Part shown: positions 55,092 through 64,000 of the stretch, piece after piece | Layout: the number at the start of each line of letters is the position of its first letter | Numbering within the stretch: the stretch's first letter is position 1 | NCBI GenBank assembly: GCA_938084645.1 | Contig: CALKEP010000008.1 | Location: 32,001-96,000 of the forward strand | Length of the DNA: 64,000 bases | Direction of reading: 5' to 3' | From: an uncultured Phycisphaerales bacterium | Lineage (GTDB): Bacteria > Planctomycetota > Phycisphaerae > Phycisphaerales > SM1A02 | Made by a program: the position numbers and the translations under genes | The notes under the pieces: model-generated | What the model was told of the DNA's origin: nothing | The model's database searches: none | Seen by the model: the letters and a program-made list of their open reading frames with translations, nothing else

Positions 55092-55813
55092 TCTCGCATG
55101 GGGGCGGGGAGTCGATCCGAGAACCGATATCCCACCCCTCTGACCGTCTCGATGCACCTGCCGAACTCACCCAGCTTTCGCCGAAGGGCGGTGACGTGCA
55201 CGTCGACCGTCCTGGTGGAAAGGACCATCGACCGGCCGTGGATCGCCGAGATGATCTGGTCACGCGAACGAACGAAGCCGGGACGCGACGCAAGATACCG
55301 GAGGAGACTGAACTCCGTGTAGGTGAGCGGGATCTCGTCTCCGTCGATCAGGACGAGGTGGCGGGCCGAGTCGATCACCAGTCGCTGGTCGAAGAGCGCG
55401 ACGCGTTCGCTCGAGGATTCCGGGTCCTCGAGCAGGAATTCGTCGTGCCGCCGGAGGATGTTCGTGACGCGAGCGACGAGCACCCTCGGGCTGAAGGGCT
55501 TGACGACGTAGTCTTCGGCGCCGACCTCGATCCCGGAGATCACGTCGGAATCCTCACCCTTCGCGGTCACCATGATGATCGGAATGGACCTCGTCGACGG
55601 CTCGGACTTGAGACGACGGCAGACATCCATGCCGTCCACGTCGGGGAGCATTCGATCCAGGACGATGAGGTCCGGTGGAGTCCGTCGAATCTCCGTGAGC
55701 GCGTCGCGGCCCGAGTGCACGATCGAGCAGTTCATGCCCTCTCTCGAGAGATGGAACTCGATCAGCTCCGCGATTTCAGGTTCATCTTCAACGATCAGGA
55801 CGCCTGCCGGCAT
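55088..55813 (-). CDS. phoB: Phosphate regulon response regulator (OmpR family)
   Basis: IVEDE, LDRMLP, KPFSPR, winged helix RTVDVHV...TVRGVGY; adjacent to phoR-pst. Confidence 0.92.
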   Translation of the reverse strand: MPAGVLIVEDEPEIAELIEFHLSREGMNCSIVHSGRDALTEIRRTPPDLIVLDRMLPDVDGMDVCRRLKSEPSTRSIPIIMVTAKGEDSDVISGIEVGAEDYVVKPFSPRVLVARVTNILRRHDEFLLEDPESSSERVALFDQRLVIDSARHLVLIDGDEIPLTYTEFSLLRYLASRPGFVRSRDQIISAIHGRSMVLSTRTVDVHVTALRRKLGEFGRCIETVRGVGYRFSDRLPAPMRD

Positions 55814-55890
55814 GGACGAATCTCCTCGAAGTCCTCAGACACCATTGTCGATGCCGCAGCCCGGCCGTGGCAAGTGTTCGATTTGCAGCG

Positions 55891-55908
55891 TGTTCAGGCT
55901 TTGTCAAG
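55891..55908 (-). promoter_or_regulatory. Pho-box-like pair upstream of phoB
   Basis: Minus strand CTTGACA-N4-CTGAACA (11-bp period), overlapping the anmK stop. Confidence 0.5.
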
Positions 55909-57045
55909 AAAACCCAGCCCGCACCATCTTCCAACGGGAATCGGCGGCTCGCGGCGGCCGGTCGAGGTCGGATCCGTGATCGGAACACCGTCAAGGGCGA
56001 GCAGACCGAGGATCGCCATCGCGGCGGCCTCGCGGGCCTGCGCGGGAACGTCGATTTCGTCGGAAACGCGGACCGGGCAATCGGTCCGGCCCTCGATCTC
56101 CATGACCAGGCGTCGGTTGAGAACACCGCCACCCGCGAGCACGAGCTCGGTGGGGCGTGGGATGCCGCGGTCGTTGCAGCGGGACTCGATGCAGTCGATC
56201 AGGGACGACGCGACGGCGTGATGCAGGGTTGCGAGCCCGTCCGCCGGGGAGGCCGCGGACCGAGCGATCTCGATCGCGTGTTCCCGCATCTCGTCGCCGT
56301 CGCCTCCGGACCGTCCAGCCTGAAACAATCCCGAGATCGAATCTCGAAGTCGCGATGCGGCCTCGGCGTCAGGGGTACCGGCCATCGCCACCTCGCCGTC
56401 GACGTCGAAAGGGGTTCCCAGCAGCGCTTCGGCCGCGGCGTCGAGGACATGATTGCAGGGGCAGCAGTCGAATCCTTCGACGTCGACGAAGCGTTCGGTC
56501 TCGATCTCGGGGACGTCAGGGAGCACGGTCACGTTCACGAAGCCGCCGAGGTTGACGATGGCGAGCGTTCCCTCGGGCACGCGGTGATCGTGGTAGAGAA
56601 CCGCATCCGCCCGGGGAGTGATCGGCGCACCTGTGCCACCTCCTGCGAGGTCCGCGCCACGGAGATCGTGAACGACCGGGCATGCCGCCTCGCGAACGAT
56701 CGGCCAGGGATCGAGGAGTTGAAGGGAGTCGGGCGGCGCGTGGGTCACGGTCTGGCCGTGGGCGGCGACGAGTGCGAGGGACCGCTCGCCACGGCATCGG
56801 TTCAGCAGTTCGGCGTGCAGCTCGCCGAACCGTCGCGACAGGCGAGTGATCTGGGCGGCGGTCATCGCTTCGCCCCGGGCGAATGCGGTCAGCGCCGGCC
56901 GCAGGTCGTCAAGCGGTGCATGGACGTGGTCGACGATCCTCGCCGAGAGCGTGGTCCCGAAACCGCGCGCCTCGATCACGGCGGCATCGATGCCGTCGAC
57001 GCTGGTCCCCGTCATGAAGCCCACCGCGTATCGAGGATCGTTCAT
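55894..57045 (-). CDS. anmK: Anhydro-N-acetylmuramic acid kinase
   Basis: [53 protein letters not shown]. Confidence 0.88.
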   Translation of the reverse strand: MNDPRYAVGFMTGTSVDGIDAAVIEARGFGTTLSARIVDHVHAPLDDLRPALTAFARGEAMTAAQITRLSRRFGELHAELLNRCRGERSLALVAAHGQTVTHAPPDSLQLLDPWPIVREAACPVVHDLRGADLAGGGTGAPITPRADAVLYHDHRVPEGTLAIVNLGGFVNVTVLPDVPEIETERFVDVEGFDCCPCNHVLDAAAEALLGTPFDVDGEVAMAGTPDAEAASRLRDSISGLFQAGRSGGDGDEMREHAIEIARSAASPADGLATLHHAVASSLIDCIESRCNDRGIPRPTELVLAGGGVLNRRLVMEIEGRTDCPVRVSDEIDVPAQAREAAAMAILGLLALDGVPITDPTSTGRREPPIPVGRWCGLGFLDKA

Positions 57046-57157
57046 TCGGCGAAATCCCGGTTTGAACAAGGGGACCGTGACGGGGAACGCCGATACTCTA
57101 TCGTCGCCGGGCGAGGTCCCGGCGTCGACGCTCATTGCCCCACAGGAAGCAGACTCG

Positions 57158-58129
57158 ATGCTCAAGCGGATTCTCGTCACCGGCGGTGCAGGTTTTCTCG
57201 GTTCGCATCTCTGCGACCGGCTGGTCGAGCAGGGTAATCAGGTGATCTGCCTCGACAATCTCTTCACAAGCCAGAAGTCGAACATCGAGCATCTGATCGG
57301 TCGTCCGAACTTCGAATTCGTCCGTCACGACGTGATCGATCCCTACAAGGTCGAGGTCGACCAGATCTACAACCTCGCCTGTCCCGCCGCCCCCGGGCAC
57401 TACCAGTACAACCCGATCAAGACGATCAAGACCTCCGTGATGGGGGCGATCAACATGCTCGGGCTCGCCAAGCGACTGAACGCGAGGATTCTGCAGGCCT
57501 CGACCAGCGAGGTCTACGGTGATCCCGAGATCCATCCGCAGCCGGAGTCCTACCGGGGCAGCGTGAACCCGATCGGGATCCGCGCCTGCTACGACGAGGG
57601 GAAGCGGGCGGCCGAGACGCTGATGTTCGACTACCACCGGCAGAACAAGGTCAACGTCCGCGTGGTCCGGATCTTCAACACCTACGGCCCGAGAATGCAT
57701 CCCTACGACGGCCGGGTGGTGAGCAACTTCATCCGACAGGCGTTGGCTGGAGAACCGATCACGATCTACGGCGATGGATCGCAGTCCCGCTCCTTCTGTT
57801 ATTGCGACGATCTCCTCGATGCGATCATGGGCATGATGAACGGCCCCGATGACTTCCACGGCCCCGTGAACATCGGCAATCCCGGCGAGTTCACCATCCG
57901 CGAACTCGCGGAGCTGGTGGTCGAGATCGCGGGCACCGGGGTCGAGATCGTGCAGGCTCGCCCGCTCCCGCAGGACGATCCCCTCCAGCGACAGCCCGAC
58001 ATCACGCTGGCGCGGGAGAAGCTGGGTTGGGAGCCGAGGATCGCGCTGCGTGAGGGGCTCCAGCGGACGATCGACTGGTTCCGCAACGCCGATCTCTCGC
58101 AGTACCGGCCGCCGACGCCGCACTATTGA
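57158..58129 (+). CDS. UDP-glucuronate decarboxylase (UDP-xylose synthase)
   Basis: [60 protein letters not shown]. Confidence 0.95.
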   Translation: MLKRILVTGGAGFLGSHLCDRLVEQGNQVICLDNLFTSQKSNIEHLIGRPNFEFVRHDVIDPYKVEVDQIYNLACPAAPGHYQYNPIKTIKTSVMGAINMLGLAKRLNARILQASTSEVYGDPEIHPQPESYRGSVNPIGIRACYDEGKRAAETLMFDYHRQNKVNVRVVRIFNTYGPRMHPYDGRVVSNFIRQALAGEPITIYGDGSQSRSFCYCDDLLDAIMGMMNGPDDFHGPVNIGNPGEFTIRELAELVVEIAGTGVEIVQARPLPQDDPLQRQPDITLAREKLGWEPRIALREGLQRTIDWFRNADLSQYRPPTPHY

Positions 58130-58160
58130 GCCGCGCGGGGGATCCGTTCGCGGACGGGGT

Positions 58161-59126
58161 TCAGATTCGCCAGAGACGGGCGGCGGATCTCGGCGACACG
58201 ACGGTACACGCGGCGCCGACGAGGAACATTCCGTAGTAGGCCGTCATGATCATCATGATCGGGGGAAGCTCCATCGCGGAGGCCCCGATGTCATGGCGTT
58301 GACGCATCGCGACCCGGGCCGTCTGCCGGATTCGCCTTCCGGCATGTCGAAGGGAGCTTCCGATCATCGACCAGCGCGGGCGATCGCGTCGTCGTGCATC
58401 GGCGACGTGGTCACGACCCTCGGCGAGCGCTCGGACGGCGAGGTGTCCGATCGTGGTCGCGGGGGGTGGGTGACTCACGGTGGCTGCGTACGCCAACGCG
58501 ACCTGCGAGCCATCGAGGTGTCGGTCGGCAAGCCATCGCTGGCATGAGCCCCGCGTCGCGCCGTCCGGAAGCATGGGGAAGGGATTCGCCAGGAACTCGG
58601 TTCGGCGGACGAGAAGATTGTTCGCGAAGATGAACTCCGCGGGATCGACGATCCGTCGGATGCGTGGCCGAACGGGGAAGAACCATCCAGCCGCGAATGC
58701 CCGACCGATCAGGGAGTCGGTGTCGACATAGGACACGCCGCCTACCGCGATCCGATCGAAATCCGTCGCGAGTTCGGTGTGGAGGAGCCTCAGCCAGTCG
58801 GCGTCTGGAATCACGTCACTGTCGAGAAAGAGGAGGAGATCACCGGAAGCGCGGTTCGCGCCCTCGTTCTTCAGCTCGTAGTAATGCAGCCCCTCCGCAG
58901 TCTCGATCCGCCAGGCGATTCCGGCTTCGCGGCCCTTCGAGAGAATGGGCTCGACCGATCGCTGGAGGTCATTCACATCGACCGCCTCGGGGTCGACCAG
59001 GATGAGGATCTCCGTCTCGAGGTCCAGATCGGTGATCTGGCCCAGCACCGTGTTGAGCATGAGACATCCGCGGTCGTCTCCAGAGAGGATCGCGTTCTCC
59101 CACTCGATGATCACGGTGCAGTCCAC
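58161..59126 (-). CDS. Glycosyltransferase family 2 protein
   Basis: YYELKNEGANRASGDLLLFLDSD (DxD), FANN; start approximate. Confidence 0.75.
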   Translation of the reverse strand: MDCTVIIEWENAILSGDDRGCLMLNTVLGQITDLDLETEILILVDPEAVDVNDLQRSVEPILSKGREAGIAWRIETAEGLHYYELKNEGANRASGDLLLFLDSDVIPDADWLRLLHTELATDFDRIAVGGVSYVDTDSLIGRAFAAGWFFPVRPRIRRIVDPAEFIFANNLLVRRTEFLANPFPMLPDGATRGSCQRWLADRHLDGSQVALAYAATVSHPPPATTIGHLAVRALAEGRDHVADARRRDRPRWSMIGSSLRHAGRRIRQTARVAMRQRHDIGASAMELPPIMMIMTAYYGMFLVGAACTVVSPRSAARLWRI

Positions 59127-59257
59127 GGCTCGTACTATGGCTCCGTAAGTGACAATTCCAAGGGGCCTTGGATCCCCGTGGCGATTTTGGTTCGTGCTTC
59201 GGGCGCAGGCCGGGGTCACCGGGGTGTTTCGCCGCTCGGAATCCGTCTCTGGACGCC

Positions 59258-59286
59258 TTGACAGGCCCGGGCGGGGGGTCGACACT
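59258..59286 (+). promoter_or_regulatory. Sigma70-type promoter upstream of recA
   Basis: TTGACA-N17-GACACT. Confidence 0.6.
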
Positions 59287-59292
59287 ATGTTT

Positions 59293-59351
59293 CCGAACAA
59301 AGACCGAACGGATTTCGGGGCTTTTTCCGATGATGTTCGGTCAGCGTTCGG
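59293..59351. promoter_or_regulatory. Paired GAAC-N7-GAAC and GTTC-N7-GTTC elements (SOS-box-like or inverted repeat)
   Basis: CCGAACaaagaCCGAAC at 59293-59309 and GTTCGGtcagcGTTCGG at 59335-59351. Confidence 0.6.
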
Positions 59352-59781
59352 TATCCGCTCCGTGTGCTACCCGACGGCGAATCATGAAGATCCCCACCCT
59401 TTCAATCTCCACCACTTCGACGGACGCACCAACCCCATCCGGGGTCGACCGTCGGCGGACGCGTCGGTCGGGAGAATCCGCCGATTGCGGAGATCGGCTG
59501 GAGACGGGTTCTACGATTCGGACGCAGTTTCACGACCCGCCGATCGAGCGTCGTCGACACGCTCCGACCTTCAAGCGGAGCGCGAGATCCCCATGAGCCA
59601 CTTGATCCAAGGGAGATCGGGTGGCTTCGGAGACGAGCCGGACGACGAAGAACGCCCGCCCGGATCATCCGACGCCCGCGACTCACCACGCAGAACCTCA
59701 GTCCCTCGAACCCCTCGACTCGACAAGAACCCGGATCACCGACGGATCGATCCGACCATCGCAACGGAAGGCGAAGACACC

Positions 59782-60945
<1,164 letters not shown>

Positions 60946-61039
60946 CCATGACGTTGTTCGACTCGGGCGATTCAGCCCGGTCGACCGGTCCTCCGGTTTG
61001 AATCGGTCCCGGAAATCGATCCCGAGAGACGATCTGAAC

Positions 61040-61075
61040 ACACCCCTCCGTGCGGAAGTACGGAGGGGTGTTTTC
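61040..61075 (+). terminator. Rho-independent terminator after recA
   Basis: ACACCCCTCCGT-loop-ACGGAGGGGTGT followed by TTT. Confidence 0.75.
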
Positions 61076-61131
61076 GAGAGTCCGGCAGGGGTTCCTTCGG
61101 TGACAGGGCATCGGGGAGACGGTTCGAGATG

Positions 61132-61159
61132 TTGACGCGTTCGGGGAATCGGCTACCCT
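61132..61159 (+). promoter_or_regulatory. Putative tRNA promoter
   Basis: TTGACG-N16-TACCCT. Confidence 0.5.
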
Positions 61160-61197
61160 GCGACGTTCCTCGCGAGCGAGGATTCCACCCAGGCCCC

Positions 61198-61283
61198 GCG
61201 GGTGTGGCGGAATTGGCAGACGCGCTAGATTCAGGTTCTAGTGGGAGTAAAATCCCGTGGAGGTTCGAGCCCTCTCACCCGCA
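61198..61283 (+). tRNA. tRNA-Leu (anticodon CAG)
   Basis: Acceptor GCGGGTG/CACCCGC+A, D-arm TGGCGGAATTGGCAGACGC, anticodon arm CTAGA-TTCAGGT-TCTAG, long variable arm, GGTTCGAG T-loop; CCA not encoded. Confidence 0.96.
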
Positions 61284-61286
61284 TTC

Positions 61287-61326
61287 ACGAGAACGCCCCG
61301 TCCAGCGATGGACGGGGCGTTCTCGT
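61287..61326. terminator. Perfect 18-bp hairpin with GCGA loop after the tRNA; bidirectional terminator candidate
   Basis: ACGAGAACGCCCCGTCCA-GCGA-TGGACGGGGCGTTCTCGT. Confidence 0.8.
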
Positions 61327-61380
61327 TGAATCGGTTGGAGATCCCGGCGTTGGTCCGCCGTCGCTGGTGGCGAGGCCGGA

Positions 61381-61830
61381 TCAACCGGCGGTTCGCGCGT
61401 CACGGCCGTCGATCGACTCCTTGGAAACCGAGGAATCCGCGGTGTGGTCGTCGAATGCGCCTGCGGCGTGGAGGTACTCGATCTTCTCGATCCACCCCCG
61501 CGGAATCTTGGTGATCCCGCCCATCTGGTCGATGGTCATCGTGTCGGTGACCGCGATCTGTTCCTCGTCGGCGTGAACCAGCAGGCCGATGGTGTGCACC
61601 GTGGTCAGCGGGCGTCGTGCGAACTCGAGCATCTCCTCGCAGTCCTCCCAGCCCGGCCCGCCCTGGCTCTCGGCATCCTTCCAGCGGATGGAGACCATCG
61701 CGTGCGGGTGACCGGACCCGACCTGCCCGGTCCGCTCGCCCTGGGGGCGCGACGCGGCATCGACCTCGCCCGACGGACGGTTTCCCGGGAGTCGGTGGGG
61801 GCCCTGATCGATCGGTTCTCGCGGTGTCAT
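61381..61830 (-). CDS. Small hypothetical beta-rich protein
   Basis: VSIRWKDA...W...VHTIGLLV...IAV...KIPRGWIEKIEYL; AAGGA SD upstream of ATG 61830. Confidence 0.7.
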   Translation of the reverse strand: MTPREPIDQGPHRLPGNRPSGEVDAASRPQGERTGQVGSGHPHAMVSIRWKDAESQGGPGWEDCEEMLEFARRPLTTVHTIGLLVHADEEQIAVTDTMTIDQMGGITKIPRGWIEKIEYLHAAGAFDDHTADSSVSKESIDGRDARTAG

Positions 61831-62002
61831 GTCCGGTCCTTTCCACGCATCTCGGGTCGCGACCCGGCGGCCGCGATCGCGACCACCTCTCTGGTCAACG
61901 GCTCGATTCCGCATGCGGTTCGACCGAACATCGATACCGGTCTCGATCGACGGTTCTCGGACGTCGGCCCACCTCGGAGGGCGACCGATGGCGGGGGCGG
62001 CG

Positions 62003-64000
62003 TCAAGGCCGGGCGAGCGGATCCGCGGCCGGCGCCTTGCAGAACGCATCGATGTCGGTGATTCGAATCATCGCGGCATCGGCGGCCCGGCGGATCCGGA
62101 CGGTCGGGCCGAGATCGAGTTCCGCGAGCAGGCGTCCGGCCTGCCCCGGCCGGTCGCGGACTTCCTCCAGACGGCGCAGAAACACCGAGCGGAGTTCGGC
62201 CCGCGGGGAGCTCGCCTCGAAGGCGTCGAGCCTGCGATACGGAAACAGGTCGTCGAGATCGGCGAACGGCTCGGCCACCGACTGCCGGGGCGGTCGAGGC
62301 GACCCCGTCGTGACGATGGCCCGGCCGTCGGCGACGGCGAAGATCGAATACAGCCGTCCAGGCGGGATCGCGGCGAGCGACGTCGCCGCCGTTTCCGCCT
62401 CGTCACGGCGAAGGTTCCGGAGGGTTGTAGCGGTGAATCGGTCCGCATCCAGTCGCGTCGCGGTCGACGCATCCAGTCCGTCGAACCGGGGCAGCTTCGC
62501 GGCCGCGTCCGCGATCAGCATGCGAAGCACCGGGTCCGCTCGCATCGTTCCGGCATCGCTGGTCGCGAGCAGGTCGGCGATGTCCTCGATGATCGCGGCG
62601 GCGAGGCGGACTCGTGCGATCCCCGGGTCGCGGATCAGGTGCGCGGCGAGCGAAAGGGTGATCGCGATCTCGTTCGCGGCCACATAACGTTCGTCCTCCA
62701 CCGTCAGGACGTCGTCGCCGGAGACCGGCATCGAGGCGGCCCGTCGCAGGCGACTGGACGCATCGGCGAGATACCCCCGAGCGGCGGCACGAATCGCCGC
62801 GAGGCCTTCTTCGTGGTCGGATTGCGGGGTGCGTCGTTCGTCGAAGTCGGCCTCCGTGATCGCCGCGGCGTCGAGTCCGAGCGTCAACTGGTTCGAGGCC
62901 ATCGGATCGAAGGCATCACGCCAGATCGGGCCCGGATCGCTCACCTCGTCCGGGTCGAGGCCCTCGACCTCGGTGAATGCTCGCTTCCCGAGAACTGCGA
63001 GGCCCGCACGCTGCGCATCATCGGACAGGGTCAGCATGCCCCGGCCGATCTGGATCCAGAGAATGGCGGCGTTTCGAATCTGGTCCGGCGAGATTCGGCC
63101 CGACGCGACCGCGTCGAGGCCGCGGATCCGATCGTGAAGGGTTCGTTCGACGCGGAGCCGCGCTCGGGCGATCTGGGTCATCGATGGAATGAGCATTCTG
63201 AGGGCCTCGGGAAGGTCCGACGCCGCGAGTTCCCGCTCGAGACCGGCGAGGGTGTCGATTCCGCGATCCCGATCCGGGTCGTCGAACGCGAGCTGGATCC
63301 GGTCGAACACGCCAGTCATCCGGTCCCGAAGCTCGTCGCCGGCATCGGGGAGTCGGGTGAACGACTCGATGAATCCATCCCCGAACGCGTCGCGATAGAG
63401 CTCGAGATCCGCCTCGACCGGAGGCTCCCCGTTCTTGCCGAGGATGGCGTCGATCGACTGCATGAACAGGAGGCGTTCTCCGTCGACGCACGCACCGAAG
63501 TGGAAGGGATCCTCCTCTTCGCGCAGCGAGGAGAGGCTGTCCAGCAGGTTCGTGGCCGTCTCGACGTCGATCAGGCCGTTCGCGATCGCGAGTTCCATCG
63601 TCTGGTCGGATCGCTGGTACATCGCCGCGCCGACGAGCGATCCGATGGCGGTGCCATCCTGGCCGGCATGGGCCGAGATTTCGTTCGAGGTACCGAGCCA
63701 CTCGACCGCGGCGTCCACGTCGCCCGCGATGGTGGCGCGTCGGGCGAGGTGCGAGCTGACTCGGGAGATCTCCCGCATCGGCTTGAGATGCGGGAGCAGG
63801 ACCATGAATCCATCGCTGAGATCGATTCCCGCGTCGAATCGCGGGGTACCCCGCAGATCTCGAATGAGCGGGGCGATCGACTCCGCCTTTTCGAAGTACC
63901 GGCGGGCCGCACCGCGAGGCGCTTCCAGTGGTCCATCCTGCCACTCGAAGATCGCGTCGTACTCGTCATCCGTGAAGAAGCCGGGAGACCGGGCCCCCTC
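62003..64000 (-). CDS. Large helical hypothetical protein, 5' end beyond window
   Basis: Frame stays open from 63805 to 64000 (EGARSPGFFTDDEY...FDAGIDLSDGFMVLLPHLKPMR); all-helical. Confidence 0.75.
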   Translation of the reverse strand, partial: EGARSPGFFTDDEYDAIFEWQDGPLEAPRGAARRYFEKAESIAPLIRDLRGTPRFDAGIDLSDGFMVLLPHLKPMREISRVSSHLARRATIAGDVDAAVEWLGTSNEISAHAGQDGTAIGSLVGAAMYQRSDQTMELAIANGLIDVETATNLLDSLSSLREEEDPFHFGACVDGERLLFMQSIDAILGKNGEPPVEADLELYRDAFGDGFIESFTRLPDAGDELRDRMTGVFDRIQLAFDDPDRDRGIDTLAGLERELAASDLPEALRMLIPSMTQIARARLRVERTLHDRIRGLDAVASGRISPDQIRNAAILWIQIGRGMLTLSDDAQRAGLAVLGKRAFTEVEGLDPDEVSDPGPIWRDAFDPMASNQLTLGLDAAAITEADFDERRTPQSDHEEGLAAIRAAARGYLADASSRLRRAASMPVSGDDVLTVEDERYVAANEIAITLSLAAHLIRDPGIARVRLAAAIIEDIADLLATSDAGTMRADPVLRMLIADAAAKLPRFDGLDASTATRLDADRFTATTLRNLRRDEAETAATSLAAIPPGRLYSIFAVADGRAIVTTGSPRPPRQSVAEPFADLDDLFPYRRLDAFEASSPRAELRSVFLRRLEEVRDRPGQAGRLLAELDLGPTVRIRRAADAAMIRITDIDAFCKAPAADPLARP

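Noticed and set aside
58161..59250. GT2 gene as a horizontally acquired island
   Set aside because: Only a slight compositional difference by eye and no mobility signatures
61198..64000. Integrated element or prophage at tRNA-Leu
   Set aside because: No integrase, no duplicated tRNA 3' end and no obvious compositional shift within the window

Overview
A GC-rich (roughly 70% by eye), densely coding, mostly core-genome segment. Gene content and protein style point to a Planctomycetota genome, probably Phycisphaerae; this is inferred from families and gene order, not from a search. In order it holds: pyrG (partial)-kdsB-TPR on the minus strand; def-fmt-HEXXH protein-queA-murE-murF-mraY; an RluD-like synthase; a divergent APH-like kinase / HAD phosphatase pair followed by a ~1110-aa indolepyruvate:ferredoxin-oxidoreductase-like protein that has lost its cofactor motifs; rlmN-ispH divergent from hpnCDE-queG; two exported hypothetical proteins; a large NAD-GDH; ribF-nrnA; a hotdog / Cys-rich membrane protein / HMA lipoprotein trio; FmdB-ligA; uppP; PilZ; aroK-rpmH; rnc; a complete phosphate cluster (phoB-phoR-pstSCAB-phoU-orf-Na/Pi transporter-phoU2) with 11-bp-period Pho-box-like repeats; anmK; UDP-GlcA decarboxylase; GT2; recA with paired GAAC-N7-GAAC / GTTC-N7-GTTC elements; tRNA-Leu(CAG); and two hypothetical proteins. 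I found no transposase, integrase, CRISPR array, rRNA or recognisable defence system. The best leads are the cofactor-less IOR pseudoenzyme locus, the recA operator or hairpin, widespread apparently leaderless genes, an orphan 11-bp repeat array facing antisense into rnc, a probable CTG start for kdsB, and a possible new metal-handling module. All product calls come from motif recognition only.
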